NCBI RefSeq assembly: GCF_001194135.2
Contig: NC_068998.1
Span: forward strand, 36,224,430-36,266,643
DNA length: 42,214 nucleotides
Source: Octopus bimaculoides
Lineage: Eukaryota
Reading direction: 5' to 3'
Part shown: piece after piece, positions 11,390 through 24,711 of the stretch
How the letters are laid out: each line of letters begins with the position of its first letter
Numbering within the stretch: the first letter of the stretch is position 1
Position numbers and translations under genes: made by a program
The notes under the pieces: generated by a model
Told to the model about the DNA's origin: nothing
Database searches by the model: none
Seen by the model: the letters and a program-made list of their open reading frames with translations, nothing else

Positions 11390-11782
11390 NNNNNNNNNNN
11401 NNNNNNNNNNNNNNNNNNNNNNNNNNNNNNNNNNNNNNNNNNNNNNNNNNNNNNNNNNNNNNNNNNNNNNNNNNNNNNNNNNNNNNNNNNNNNNNNNNNN
11501 NNNNNNNNNNNNNNNNNNNNNNNNNNNNNNNNNNNNNNNNNNNNNNNNNNNNNNNNNNNNNNNNNNNNNNNNNNNNNNNNNNNNNNNNNNNNNNNNNNNN
11601 NNNNNNNNNNNNNNNNNNNNNNNNNNNNNNNNNNNNNNNNNNNNNNNNNNNNNNNNNNNNNNNNNNNNNNNNNNNNNNNNNNNNNNNNNNNNNNNNNNNN
11701 NNNNNNNNNNNNNNNNNNNNNNNNNNNNNNNNNNNNNNNNNNNNNNNNNNNNNNNNNNNNNNNNNNNNNNNNNNNNNNNNNN
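11390..11782. other. Assembly gap
   Basis: Run of N. Confidence 1.
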
Positions 11783-12459
11783 TAGAAAACATATTACTCT
11801 ACCTTCAGTAGTTGAGTAATATTTTTTCCACCTTGTTTTGTATTCATGTCCTCACTTGTATGTGAGTGTGTCTATATATATATACTAAATGAATAAATAT
11901 TCAAATATGTTTATGTATATATTATTGATTATTTTCATTAGTAAAATGAATAATAACTATAATAATACAGGTGGCCAACAAGCAGAAACCGATAACTGGC
12001 AAAGCCAAAATTTTCTAATTAATTTATAATTATAATACGGCACATGCGGTGCCGGCATTGTAGGGAAAATCAAAATCAGAAAATCCTCTAAGAAAACCAC
12101 CAATCACTGGAAAAATAACAAGCACAACAGAAATTGGGCTACGAGCAAAGAAATTAACTTAGCATCTTGGCAGAAAGCTGTAGAATGAGGAAATAGATAT
12201 CTCAGGATCAAATGATATCAAATTTTGAGAGTTTACTTCCCTTAATTCTCATCACCAGGTCTCACTATATACCTAGGGTTAAAAACTTTGCTTGATTCAT
12301 TGTGCTTGGTAACTGTTGAAAAGCTAGCGCCAAATTCAAAAATGGTGTCAGTGAATAAAATTTCTATATTTCTATATACTGAAAGAGTACAATGCTTCAG
12401 ACAGTGTCCTCCTTCTTGGAGAAGTTGACTCTGTCTCATTTATTTCTTACCTTTTAACT

Positions 12460-12495
12460 TTTCCCTGAAGAAGGACTCTTCCTGAAATGTTAGAT
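12460..12495 (+). ncRNA. Degenerate hammerhead-like motif with CpG decay
   Basis: CUGAAGA-A-GGA(CUCU)UCC-U-GAAA-UG-UU; the usual CG is UG here and stem I is poor. Confidence 0.35.
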
Positions 12496-12689
12496 TTTCC
12501 ACTGCTCATGGTAACTTCATGGTAACTTCCACTGCTCATGGTAGCACTTTTTTATTAATTTCACTACAAAAGTCTTGTCAATATGGACCAACACCAGCCT
12601 CTTTGGAACCTATTTCGTCATATATATGCATGTGTGCGCATGCACAACATTGTCCATTTCCAGTCTTCTTTCCTCTAACACTCCATTGG

Positions 12690-12936
12690 TTACAACAACA
12701 TGGGTTCCAGTTGGTCCAATGAACAGAGCAGCCTGCTTGTGAAATTAACAGGTAAGTGACTGAGCAGTCCACTAACGTGTACTCTTAATGTAAGAATCAG
12801 GGAGATCCAGCTGAGTGGACAAGAGCAACATGAAATAAAGTGTCTTGCTCAAGGACACAATGCGTTGCTGAGAATTGAACTCCTGACCTTGTGATCATGA
12901 ACCAAATACCCTAACCACTAAGCCACGTGCCTTCAC
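12690..12936 (-). mobile_element. tRNA-derived SINE (third family)
   Basis: Minus strand gtgaaggcacgtggcttagtggttagggtatt..gagttcaattc (A/B-box-like) then gtgtccttgagcaagacac. Confidence 0.7.
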
Positions 12937-13358
12937 CCATTTCCAGTCTACCATGAAGAAGTTATGCTGCTTAGAAACAGGTGAGGAGCAGTGACAGAAA
13001 AGCCATTGAGCTATAGAAAATCTGTCTCAGCAAATTCCTTCTGACCCATATCAGCATTGGAAAGGGAACATTCAGTAATGTCTATGGCGACAGCTACTTC
13101 GGTGTTCTATTCCATTACTTGCCCAAAACTCAAAAGCTTTTTATGGATATGATTGTTTTTTTTTTTATAGGTTTAGTATTTTTGTTTAAAATAACTTTTC
13201 AATCAGAAAGATATATTTTTAATTCAAGGCATTTTTATTTGTTTTGTTGTAATGGTTTTGGCAGCAAGAAGACTTGTATTGGCAGGTTTCAGTAATATTT
13301 CTCTGTTTTTAACCAATGGGAGTTATTGTTTTCTTTTCATCTACCATGTTCTATTACT

Positions 13359-13424
13359 GTAGTAGTAGTAGTAGTAGTAGTTGTTGTTGTTGTTGTTGTT
13401 GTTGCTATTGCTGCTGCTGTTGTT
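13359..13424. repeat. Compound trinucleotide microsatellite (GTA)n(GTT)n(GCT)n
   Basis: Directly visible. Confidence 0.9.
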
Positions 13425-13550
13425 TAGCAGTAGGTCAAATTTGATCAAGTTGACCTGTAATCAAAGGCATTCCATATAAATGTGTGTGCATCTGAGCTTG
13501 CGAATGCTTGTGTATTGCTTATTTATGCCTCGCGCATTACCTGCGCCTTC

Positions 13551-13677
<127 letters not shown>

Positions 13678-13835
13678 CATGCATGTGTGTCACTTCTTCA
13701 GTTTTGACTCCTTCATCATTTACCTGCCTGCAACCAAATTACAATATTGCATTCTCTCAGACAAAACGCAAAGACCCCCAGAAAGTCAGATTCTTCATTC
13801 CCCAATTGCTGACGTCTTCTATGATTCTCTGTTAT

Positions 13836-14215
13836 AACTCTTTAACTTGTTTCAGTCATTTGACTGCGGCCATGCTGTAGCACCGCCTTTAGTCGAGCAA
13901 ATCGATTCCAGGACTTATTCTTTGGAAGCTTAGTACTTATTCTATCAGTCTCTTTTGCTGAACTGCTAAGTTATGGGGACGTAGACACACCACCATCGGT
14001 TGTCAAGCGATGCTGGGGGGACAAACACACACACACACACACACATATATACGACAGGCTTCTTTCAGTTTCCTTCTACCAAATCCACTCACAAGGCTTT
14101 GGTCGGCCTGAGGCTATAGTAGAAGACACTTGCCCAAGGTACCACGCAGTGGGACTGAACCCAGAACCATGTGGTTGGTAAGCAAGCTACTTACCACACA
14201 GCCACTCCTGCGCCT
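13836..14215 (-). mobile_element. SINE family A, full-length young copy (~380 bp)
   Basis: tRNA-like head aggcgcaggagtggctgtgtggtaag..ggttcagtccc, central (GT)n, 3' end gactgaaacaagttaaagag. Confidence 0.9.
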
Positions 14216-14654
14216 ATGATATCATCATCATCATTGTTTAATGTCTACCTTCCATGCTGGCATGGGTTGGACAGTTTGACAGGAGCTGGCGAAGCAGGAG
14301 ACTACGCTAGGTTTCAGAGTCTGTTTTGGTACTGTTTTTATGGCTGAATACCCTTCCTAACAGCAACCATCCAGCAGAGTGGACTATGATATCTGATATG
14401 GCATATCACTGCCTCTTTAGGTTTCCTTTTATTTGTTTTAGTCACTGTTTTCTGGCCATACTGGGGCATTGCCTTGAAGGGTTTAGTTGAACAAATTGAC
14501 TTCAGTACTTAAAGTCTGGTACTTATTCTATTGGTCTCTATGATCTGGGGGTCATAGTAGAAAAAATTTGCCCAAGATGCATGAATATGAAACCACATTG
14601 TTTGCAGGGCAAGCTTTCTAAACTAACAGTTTTGCCTCTTTGCATTCTTTTACT

Positions 14655-15002
14655 TGAAGGGTTTTTTGTCAAACAAATCAACCCCCAAGACTTATTTTTT
14701 TCAGCCTAGTACCTATTCTATCATTCTCTTTTGCCGAACCACTAAGTTATGGGGGACTTAAATACACCAACACTGGTTGTCAAGCAGTGATGGGGTACAA
14801 ACACAGGCACAAAGACAAACATACATACATGCACATATATATAACAGGCTTCTCTCAGTTTCCATGTAACAAATCCACTCAAGGCTTTGGTCAGCCTGAG
14901 GCTATAGCAGAAGACACTTGCCCAAGGTGCCATGCAGTGAGACTGAACCCAGAGCCATGTGTTTGGGAAGCAAGCTTCTCACCACACAGCCATGCCTGCA
15001 CC
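14655..15002 (-). mobile_element. SINE family A copy
   Basis: Same head and body as 13836-14215, more diverged. Confidence 0.8.
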
Positions 15003-15705
15003 ATATGGTAAATTTCCATTTGTTCCTGGGTGGATTTAATCTTTAATGTAACAGGAGTGGCAACATTGCCTGAACAATAACATGACTCATGGATGAGAGG
15101 TGTTTTTGTCACAATCTGTAGAATTTTCTAACTTTATGGACTCCTCTTGAGGTGTAAGGTATGACTGCAATTAAAAAGTCCATTACCGAACCATCTGGTT
15201 TCAGGTTCAGTCCCACTGTATGGTGCCTTGGCAAATGTTTTTTTGTAGGTCTAAGTTGACCAGTCTTATGAGAAGGTTTGGTGTGTGTGTGTGTGTGTGT
15301 GTTGTCTTGACGTTGTGTAGCTATGAGTGTGACCATGACTGTGAAGTCATTTCTTTCTAATCCTTTTAGGAAGAATCCCCTTGGAAACAATGAGGGTTGG
15401 TGATATGAAGAGCATTCAGTTGAAGGAAATCTGTGTTGACAAAATCTGTCTGACTTGTGTGGGCATTAAAATGATGATGATGATGATGATACTTGCTGGA
15501 ATGAATAAAAGAGTGAGAAATAGATATGAGGAAAAGGGTATAGGAACAGCTATTAAAATATGAATAGCATGGTGGGATGGTCACAGTTGAATTGCCTTTT
15601 GGTCATTTGATTACTGAACTGCTCAGTTGGAGCTAAATATCAACAACAATAATATTTAACTTTCAATGAACTTGTTTCATAAGGAGGTAGAGTCCATAGT
15701 TTTAA

Positions 15706-15790
15706 CCCTTTAGTATTCAGATAATTCTGTCAAATATAATGCAAAACAGGTAACATATTTGGGCTGGATATGAGTTTAAATACTAAACAG
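15706..15790. mobile_element. Short piggyBac-like MITE derivative
   Basis: TTAA|CCCTTTAGTATT ... AATACTAAACAG|TTAG. Confidence 0.45.
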
Positions 15791-17439
15791 TTAGAATGTC
15801 AAGTTGTATTATAATTTGGGGTTAATCCATTATCTTGTTTACTATTAGTGGTAACCCCCTGTGCTTGCTCTTGTGGGTTTGGACCAAGCAACCAGAAATC
15901 ATTTTAGTGATTCCCCCCTGATTCCTCTCCAAGTTATCCATCTAGAAATTATCAGCCACATCACCAGGAGTTCAATCTCCTCATGGCTTCCTTTCAATTA
16001 TAGAAAGTATTAATAAAAAAATGAAATAAGAATAAAGTATATAAATATAGAAATAGGATTTTAAAACGTTTAAAATCAACTAATATTTGGCTGACAACAA
16101 CAACAACACAAAAAAAAAAAAGAAAAAGAAGTGTGAAACAGATAATGAGATATTAACGAAAATAATGAAAAAATATTAATAAAGTAAGGCTTGATTTTTA
16201 TTCCATTTTTGGTTTGAAAAGTGTTTTGCATTCCATGTGTATATTTCTGAATATGCCTGCTGTTGCTATGGTGTTGTGATGGGAAGATGGTAGTGGGGGC
16301 AGTGGGCAAATTCTTATGGCAAAATAGAAAGACCACCTCTATCGATTGTTAGTGGAGAGTGAAGTGGCTGTTGAGATTTCATTCAGTAAATATCCCGGGT
16401 TTGAAATTAGGATGGGGGAATTAATTTAAATAATAATAACAATAGTTTAAGGAATAATGATAATAATAATAATAATGAGAATAATTTAAATGATGATGAT
16501 GATGATGATTATAAAGTATAATAAAAATTAATGAAATGGGAAAAATACATTTATAAATAACCAATGAATTAACTCACATTTGCCAAGATGAACAGACATT
16601 GTTCTTGTCACAATTAGAAAAGCACTTTGTTGTAATGTGAATCTTTTATTACTTTGCCACAAAGTCTTTTTCGTATTTTAAAAGAAACTAATGATAAGAA
16701 GCAGCAAGGTGATTTCATTTTTTTTTTTTTTTCATTTTTGGGGGATTGTATTGTATCGTATTGTTTTGTATTCTATTAAATGTAATATCAAAAAGATGAA
16801 GGAAAGAAAGCAAAAAACAAAAAAAAAAACAAAAAAAAAATCTCTGTAAATAAGATAGCAAATATTTCTGCCATAAATTGCAAATTTGTCTTTAGGCAAA
16901 AAAGCTGAAGGTCCATTAGACTTGGTTGAATGATTTGTGAATGGTTTAAAACATGGGTTTCAAGCCTATGTAATCTAGTTTCAGCTAAGTAGCGCTGATA
17001 TTTTATAAGTAGTGGTGGTATTAAAGCTGATGTCTCAAAGATGTTTTCTGATCATCTTCTAGAACTCAATATTTGCTTCAGAGATTTTAGATTGAAATCT
17101 TAAAATAATTTCACTGGCAAAATATGGTTTTATTTTACTTTTTTTTATATATATATTTAATTCATAAAGTAATAATTCTTCAAGTTTGAGCAGTTGTGTT
17201 TTTGTTTTTGTTTTCCTTTTATAACATTCATGCTGATTATGCATGTGTATACATACATACACGTGTCTTTATATTTATATATGTCTATGTTTACATATGT
17301 GTGTGTGTGTATATGTTTGTGTATGTGTGTATATATATATGTGTGTGTGTGTATTTGTGTATATATGTATATTTGTATGTACAAGATCATTTTTATGTCT
17401 GCATTTCTCTGCTGACATGTGTTAGAAGAGTCAGCTTCA

Positions 17440-17640
17440 CTACAGCATCTTTGTACTTGTGCTATTTTGAGATGACCTTTGTATGGCTCACCTCTTGAAA
17501 TCAGCCCTAACCACTGCTGTCCACATCTTTTGCTTTTCCTTTCCTGCAGGCTCATTCTGTCTGCAATCATATAGTTAACACCTTCTCACCCAACCACCTA
17601 CCATACTTCGTGAGCTTCACATCTGTACCATTGCAGTCTT
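17440..17640 (-). mobile_element. Very decayed RTE-like ORF C-terminus
   Basis: WVRRC..GKEKQKMWTAVVRADF resembles WV..C..GRP.KTW..VV..D. Confidence 0.4.
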
Positions 17641-17942
17641 CTCTCTTGTATGCTATGAAGGATACCACCGATATGCAGTGGTTGTCTCAGCTCTGTTGTA
17701 CATCATCATTCAAGCATGCTGATCTTACAGGTTTTGGAACAGCTATTTTGGCATTGCTGATTCAACATCAGTCATTTTAATGGTTCTCTTGTTTTCCCCT
17801 CTCTTTTCCACCCTCACATGTGTGCGCATGTGAATGTGTGTGTATGTGCATGTACATATGAGGGTGTATATGTGCCTATATGTTTGTATGGGTGTGTTTG
17901 TGTGTGTAATATATATATGTAATATATATATATATATCAATC

Positions 17943-17976
<34 letters not shown>

Positions 17977-18025
17977 TGCACACACACACATAATATATGT
18001 TGGTCTGTGTGTATACATGTGTGTG

Positions 18026-18257
18026 TTATTTCTTTACTACCCACAAGGGGCTACATACAGAGGGGACAAACAAGAATAGACAAACGGATTAAGTCGATTG
18101 TATTGACCCCAGTGCGTGACTGGTACTTATTTAATCGACCCTGAAAGGATGAAAGGCAAAGTCGACCTCGGCGGAATTTGAACTCAGAACGTAGCGGCAG
18201 ATGAAATACCGCTAAGCATTTCGCCCGGCGTGCTAACGTTTCTGCCAGCTCACCGCC
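18026..18257 (-). mobile_element. SINE family B (GGCGGTGAGCTGGCAGAA head), young copy
   Basis: Reverse complement ggcggtgagctggcagaaacgttagcacgccgggcgaaatgcttagcgg..ctgagttcaaattccgccgaggtcgac. Confidence 0.9.
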
Positions 18258-19010
18258 TTTGTATACACCGTGTGTATACATGTGTGTGTGTGGTGTACCT
18301 GTCTGTGTATATTTATGTATGTATATATTTGTGTGTATGTATTTGTGTATACCTCTTTGTGTGTTTATGTGTGTGAGCTTATTTCCCTCTGTGTAGTGTA
18401 TGAGGAGTGAGGAAGTGTTTGTCTGTTGTGTTCAATTAATAAACTAATATTTGCATGTCTCTCTCATGCTATATATAGTTTTGCATACTCTTGCATATGT
18501 GTGCATGTGCTTGTGTGTATCTCCCCAGTCAGCCATGCACAACTGACAGCACCCAGACACCTGTGCCCACATATCCTCTCCATTCAGTTCCTATGTCCTA
18601 ATACCATGCAATAATTGCATGTATATATCTAATGTTATACTTCATATTTAATATCTGTAGATTCATCGTTAGTCTCGCATGGACATTTTCTTGTCTTTTT
18701 ATCCTTACCATGATGTTAGCATCTTCTGCCCTGCTCATTTCTACTCTTGTACCCTTCCTTTTCTCTGTGCCAGGTCATTATGTATCTTTTTTTTCTTTGA
18801 GATTTCTTTAAATACTTTCTAGAATATTGGTGCAGGTGTGGCCCTGTGGTTAGGAATCTCACTTTGCAATCACGTTCTTTCCAGTTCAGTCCTATTTGCA
18901 TAGCACTTTTGGCAAGTGTCTTCTATTATAGCCCCATGCTGACCAATACCATGTGAATGAATTTGGGATGTGGAAACTGTTGAAGCATGTCAGGTGTGTG
19001 TGTGTGTGTG

Positions 19011-19044
<34 letters not shown>

Positions 19045-19103
19045 GTTTAACGTCTGCTTTCCATGCTAGCGTGGGTTGGACAATTTGACTGAGGACTGGT
19101 GAA

Positions 19104-19113
19104 NNNNNNNNNN
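19104..19113. other. Assembly gap
   Basis: Run of N. Confidence 1.
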
Positions 19114-19389
19114 AGTGCCAGGAAGGCGAAACTGGTAACGATCACGCTCGGACGGTGCTCTTAGTGCTCCACTGGTACAGGTGCCATCAAGATTTCGCTT
19201 TCGCTTGTCCTCAACAGGTCTTCACAAGCCGAGTTTATTGTTCAATGTGCATATATATAATATATATATATGTGTGTGTGTATGTATATGTTTGTATGTG
19301 CGTATGTATATGTGTGTGTCATTGTGTTTGTCGTCACAAATTGCTTGACAACTGGTATTGGTTTGTTTATATCCCAGTAACTTAATGGT

Positions 19390-19950
19390 TAAAAGTGCCA
19401 CACCCTAACAGTTGAGGGAACCCGTGGAAGAGGTAGGCCCAGGAAGACCTGGGCTGAGGTGGTGAGGCAAGACCTTCGTACATTGGGCCTCACCGAGGCG
19501 ATGACTACGGACCGAGACCTTTGGAAATGGGCTGTGCGTGAGAAGACCCGGCAAGCCAAGTAAGATCGTTGCCAGTGCCCCTGGACTGGTTCTTGTGCGG
19601 GTGGCACATGAGATGCACCATTTTGAGCGTGGCCGTTGCCAGTACCGCCTGACTGGCTCCTGTAGGATTTTCGAGCGAGATCGTTGCCAGTGCCCCTGGA
19701 CTGGCTTGTGCGGGTGGCACATAAAAGACACCATTTCGAGCGTGGCCGTTTTCGTGCGGGTGACACGTAAAAGCACCCACTACACTCTCTGAGTGGTTGG
19801 CGTTAGGAAGGGCATCCAGCTGTAGAAACTCTGCCAAATCAGACTGGAGCCTGGTGTTGCCATCCGGTTTCACCAGTCCTCAGTCAAATCGTCCAACCCA
19901 TGCTAGCATGGAAAGCGGACGTTAAACGATGATGATGATGATGATGATGA
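19390..19950 (+). mobile_element. Young RTE LINE 3' end
   Basis: KCHTLTVEGTRGRGRPRKTWAEVVRQDLRTLGLTEAMTTDRDLWKWAVREKTRQAK*, 3' UTR with internal tandem repeats, (GAT)n tail. Confidence 0.9.
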
Positions 19951-20229
19951 TAATAAATACCAGATTTGAAAAAAAAAATAAGTCCTGTTTGACTAAATGT
20001 TTCAAGGTGATGCCCCAGCATGGCTGCAGTCCAGTGTCTGAAATAAGTTAAAGATAAAAGAATGAAAGCTCAAGCCAAACTGTCACCAACAAAGTTACGA
20101 GGCTTGTCCTGAGGATTTGAGAATTTGTGTGTTGACATGTATGGGCATATGGGTGGATGGGTTTTTATTTATGTAATCAGTATACAGATCTCTTTAGTAC
20201 ATGGATCATCATCTTCACTTTCAGTTTAA

Positions 20230-20452
20230 CCCTTTAGCATTCAGATTATTTTGTTGAATGTAATGATTATTTATTGACATTGTTTTGAATTAATTGTATG
20301 TTGTCTTCTAGCTTGGAGATTTTGATGAGGTGGTCATTTATTGTCACAAATGGCATTGTAGGATGAGTATGTGAGAGGCCAGATCTGATTGGTTTGGACA
20401 TGTAACAGATAGTATGCTTTGGTGAATTATGGCCTGTTGAAATGCTAAAGGG
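20230..20452. mobile_element. piggyBac-like MITE
   Basis: Perfect 12-bp TIR CCCTTTAGCATT/AATGCTAAAGGG; TTAA on the left, TAA on the right. Confidence 0.65.
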
Positions 20453-20871
20453 TAATGTTCACTTTTTATGCTCTCGTTGGCTAGATGGGATATGTTACAG
20501 CAAATTTTCTGTGGTCAGACACTCTTTCTGTTGTCAACACTCTCCTGTTTCCAAGTAAGGTATAATTCCCTTTTGCTGGATATGTTTACACAGACGATGG
20601 AAACAAAAGACACTACCTGTATGAAAGTGACACTTGTTTACAACTATCACGCACTGTCAAATTCAGAGACACGCACACACACACACAAACACACACACAC
20701 ACCTCTACTGTTTGTCATTAATTTCTCTCCTCTCGACTTTCCCATTGAAGGGCTATCTGAAACATTGGATTTTCCACTCCTTGTGGCATGTTCACTGTAA
20801 TCTTTTAATCAATTTCACTACATCATATAAGTTGCTGATGCAGACCAACATCAGCTTTGGAGCCAGTTTGA

Positions 20872-20922
<51 letters not shown>

Positions 20923-21129
20923 CACACACGCATGCACATTTATTCATATATACATACACATACGACCAGCTTCTTTCAAGGTTTTAGCTGTCCCAGGTTT
21001 ATAGTGAGGACATTGCTCGAAGTCCCATGCAGTGGGGCTGAACCTAAAACCATGTGGTTGGGAAAACAAGTTTCATAATCACACTGCCACATCTGTCTGG
21101 TTACTTTTTATGAAAATATGTGTGTATGG

Positions 21130-22980
21130 CATATGCACATTTTTCTATTTCTGTGTTCATTCTTGTAAACCCAAATAAAGAATCTTTGGAATTGAGAGTG
21201 CAAGTCAGTTTTCTTTGCTCTTTCTTGGAAAGTTCCAATACTTCCAGCCTATAATACAAATCTGTTGTTACATAGCAACTGCAACAATGATATGTAAAGA
21301 TAGGATTTTATAGTCAGGATACAGGACTTGTATGTTCTGCATTATTTTGCCATAGATGTCTTTTGTCCACAACTTTTGAGGAAACTTTTGCATTTCCTGA
21401 ACAACTGACTTCTAGAGTGGTGCATGATATTAGTTTTCTATCCCAAAGAATCAGATCTGTTATGTTTGCACCTGAAAGCTGTTTTTATTGGAATATTCCA
21501 TCAGTTTTCTGGCATGCTTTTAGTATGAGTTGTTGGGCAATCCTTCATATAGTGACGGCTGTAAATAGTTTTGGTTGTAGTGTCATTTCTCATAGGAATG
21601 GTAGTGCATTGTGGGTACTTTTGGGCAGCTGATTATGCAGATAATGTCTTCCACCCTGGTTTGGTGCAATTGTTTCTTCCTATCACAACATGAATGTTGG
21701 AGGCTTCATATATCTTTTACTTGCTTGGTGTTTAGTAACCAGTTATTGTTCCTGAATAGTAAAAGTGTAACCTCCTAACTGGAATGTAATGTCTGTCACA
21801 GGTCCAGAAGACTACACTTAAACGTCAACATTATTAGTGTTCTCACACTGAGGTCAACTTTGCCTTTATTCATTTTGTGGTTAATAAAATGAGTACCAGT
21901 TGAGCACTGGGTTTCATGTATTTGACTTACCCCATCTCCTGAAATTGCTGGCCTTGTGCCAAAATTTCGAAACCGATATTAGTGTCCTCCATCTTGTGGA
22001 TATGAATCCTTTGCTGATGTGATGAGTGTTTCTCCTGCAAGTGTCTGTGTAAACAAGTTAGTCCAGCCATCTTTGGTTTACATGGAGCAGAAGTATACTT
22101 AGTGTACCTATTCAGGAGTTCTTCACCTAATCTTCTGGTATTTTCACTGTTGAATACATATATGATGTACTCATTTGTCACTTAATTGTTCATTAGGTGT
22201 TATTTAAGTGATGCACTACTCATAAGCTGTTTGGACTTCTCTTACACCTCTACCTCCATCACTCCATTTAACATAGATTCTGTCAGTGTCAGTGTTGATG
22301 TGGAAGTTACCAATGGTAGTTAATATCTTCCTAATCTTAATGTCAAAATTGTACAAAAGTATAATGTTGCTGAATGCGGACAGCAATGACAATTCATACC
22401 TCCTGAAGTTAGCTGAAATATTGTCTCTGTTGCTTTACTTATTACAGCACTGTAACATTCTTATCAATTCTCAGAGCGGTAGGAGAGATAACCACCTCAT
22501 TGATAGCCATATGATTTTTTTGTGGTAAACAATTATTAAATATGGACACTTACCCTGACCAAACTCCATTCCTTATCCTTCTTGAATATTACCTAAATAC
22601 AGCAGATCATTGATGGGAAAAAGTGTGAGATATTAATGTTCCTCTTCCTTGTAACCTTGTGACCTTAGCATTTCCTCAGCAAGGCTGGCAAAGAGGTCAC
22701 TGTCAGAACAAACAGTAGTGCAGACAAGCTCTCACCATGGAATATTCTCATTGATAACCTCATACTGTTTATGTAGTGGTTGCTTCAGTTCTTAGTGGTA
22801 ACTCTATTTTTCATTACACTGTGTAACGTGATTTTTGTCCTTGGGTAACAACTGTGATTTCCTCCCTAGTAAGTATGAAAAATGGCTAATATTTTCTTCA
22901 AACTTTGATTTGTTCAAGCCCCAAATAATCCCTCTCAACACATGGCTATGATGCTCCCCTTTTATCCCGCTTTTTCTGCT
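21130..22980 (-). mobile_element. Decayed R4/Dong-like non-LTR retrotransposon (RT, CCHC, restriction-like endonuclease)
   Basis: RIFHGESLSALLFVL (RT), INDLLY (YADD-like), DIKIRKILTTIGNFHINTDTDRIYVKWSDGGRG, VEDIICIISCPK, WNIPIKT..KHNRSD (RPD-like); many frameshifts; SINE piece at ~21845-21980. Confidence 0.65.
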
Positions 22981-24711
22981 CGTGATCAGAGACACCCATA
23001 TTGTCAGCCACTAATGGACATGCTCAAGTGGTTAAGGTCAAGCAACTGACTAGCTGATATGTGGTATTGAGCAGAATATTTACTCTAACAATATTTCTGC
23101 TTCAGCAACTCAGTAGAAATATCCCTGACTAAAGATTAAAAGATAAAAATTTTGTTACAGATGGAACATTGGTAATGTGCAATGACTGTAGTATCTATGT
23201 GCAAGGTTCATTCAAATTCTTTCATATAGTCTATGGGTGTCAGGATTACCAAAAAAAAAGTCCTTGGGTTGATTCGTTCAACTGAAGATTCTTTAAGGTG
23301 GTACCAAAGCATGGCCGCAGTCTAATGACTGAAACAAGTACAAGATGTGTGTGTGTGATGGGCTCTTTCAGTTTCCTTCTTCAAAATCCCCTATATTGTC
23401 ACTAGACTTGTAATGCTGCTTAATTTCTTGAAGGAGAGCATTGAATAAGAGCTGTCTGATACAGTGCCAGACTTCTTCCTTTCCTCTTGCCTACTCATCA
23501 GTCATAACATGGTTTTTTTCATAATAATTTTGGTAAAATACATTCAAGCAACCTGTGTACAGTTTATACATAGCATTTAGTTTGCTTTTGTAGTTTTTTA
23601 CCACATACAGCTTCTAGTGTTGTCTGTGTAATTGCCAGCCAGTCTGGCCTAAACCCATCAAGTTCAGCATCCTTGTTTCTTTCTTTTATTTTGATTTGAA
23701 CAGGTTAACACAAGTTTTCTCATAGAACATGAACTTTCGATACTAGCATTCACTTTTCTCCAGATGATTTTATATTTAATAGCTTTGCAGCAACAGACAG
23801 GAGAGTTTCACAAGTGGTGTTACACATTTTAAGAGAGATGTTTGCACAATATTATGTATGTTTTTAAAATTCTTTTCCACGAGAGAACGAGCTGGTCTCC
23901 AATCAAGAAGCAAGACTCTTTAATTGGAATTTTGATAGTATTAGGATTATGTACATACCAGATGTTTCTCTTCATATTATGAGTAATGTTTGGAATATAT
24001 TTTTGCCACTGTGAGTTATATCAGTTGGTATTACGCAGGTTTATTAATAATAATTTTACTTTTGCCAAATGTTGGTGGTTACATGATCTAATTAAATGAA
24101 CACTAATTAATGCCAACAAAATAAACATTGGAGATGCTTTGCACCATACAAAAACCACAGGTACTACTCAGAGGTATTGCAAGCTCTTCTGAATCCATTG
24201 CAATGTCAGAATCCCTTCTGTATTATTAGCAGGCATCTCAGGATCACAAGTGTTTCATCCTTTGGCATGTGAGCATTGCCTGAATTGGCCAGTGAGGACT
24301 GAATTAGCTTACACCTGTAGATGGGTTCCATTTACAGTCTCTTGTGAATCACGGAAGGTTATATTTCCCCATGGCCCCACGTTTTTCATGGAAGAGTGAA
24401 AATAAAGAACATTGCTTGTATGATGATGCTCATTTACAACTATCACATGATGTCAAGACAAAAGTGTGTGTACATACACACACCCATACACACACATGTG
24501 CATGCATGCTCACATGTCTATACAATGGGTTTCTTTCAATTTCCATTTGCCAGAACCACTGACAAGGCTTTGGTTGGCTCAGAACTATAGAGGAAGCCAC
24601 TTACCCCAGGTGTCGTGTTGTAAGACTGAATGCAAGACTACGTTGAGGGAAAGCAACTACATAGCCATGCCTGAGCCTGCAATAAACATTACAGAAAATT
24701 ATATATAAGGT

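Noticed and set aside
11390-11782. Possible hidden SPC25 exon in the gap
   Set aside because: The flanking exons join in frame and colinearly with Spc25 (RLGLRFKKTP-SDQIQMVF), so nothing is missing
11265-11819. Long ORFs full of X (also at 35830-36157 and 40551-41180)
   Set aside because: Artefacts of N gaps
12036-12056. GC hairpin cggcac-atgcg-gtgccg as a Helitron 3' end
   Set aside because: No CTRR terminus at the expected distance
19540-19770. Spaced direct repeats resembling a CRISPR-like array
   Set aside because: Internal tandem duplications of the RTE 3' UTR in a eukaryotic genome; no unique spacers or cas genes
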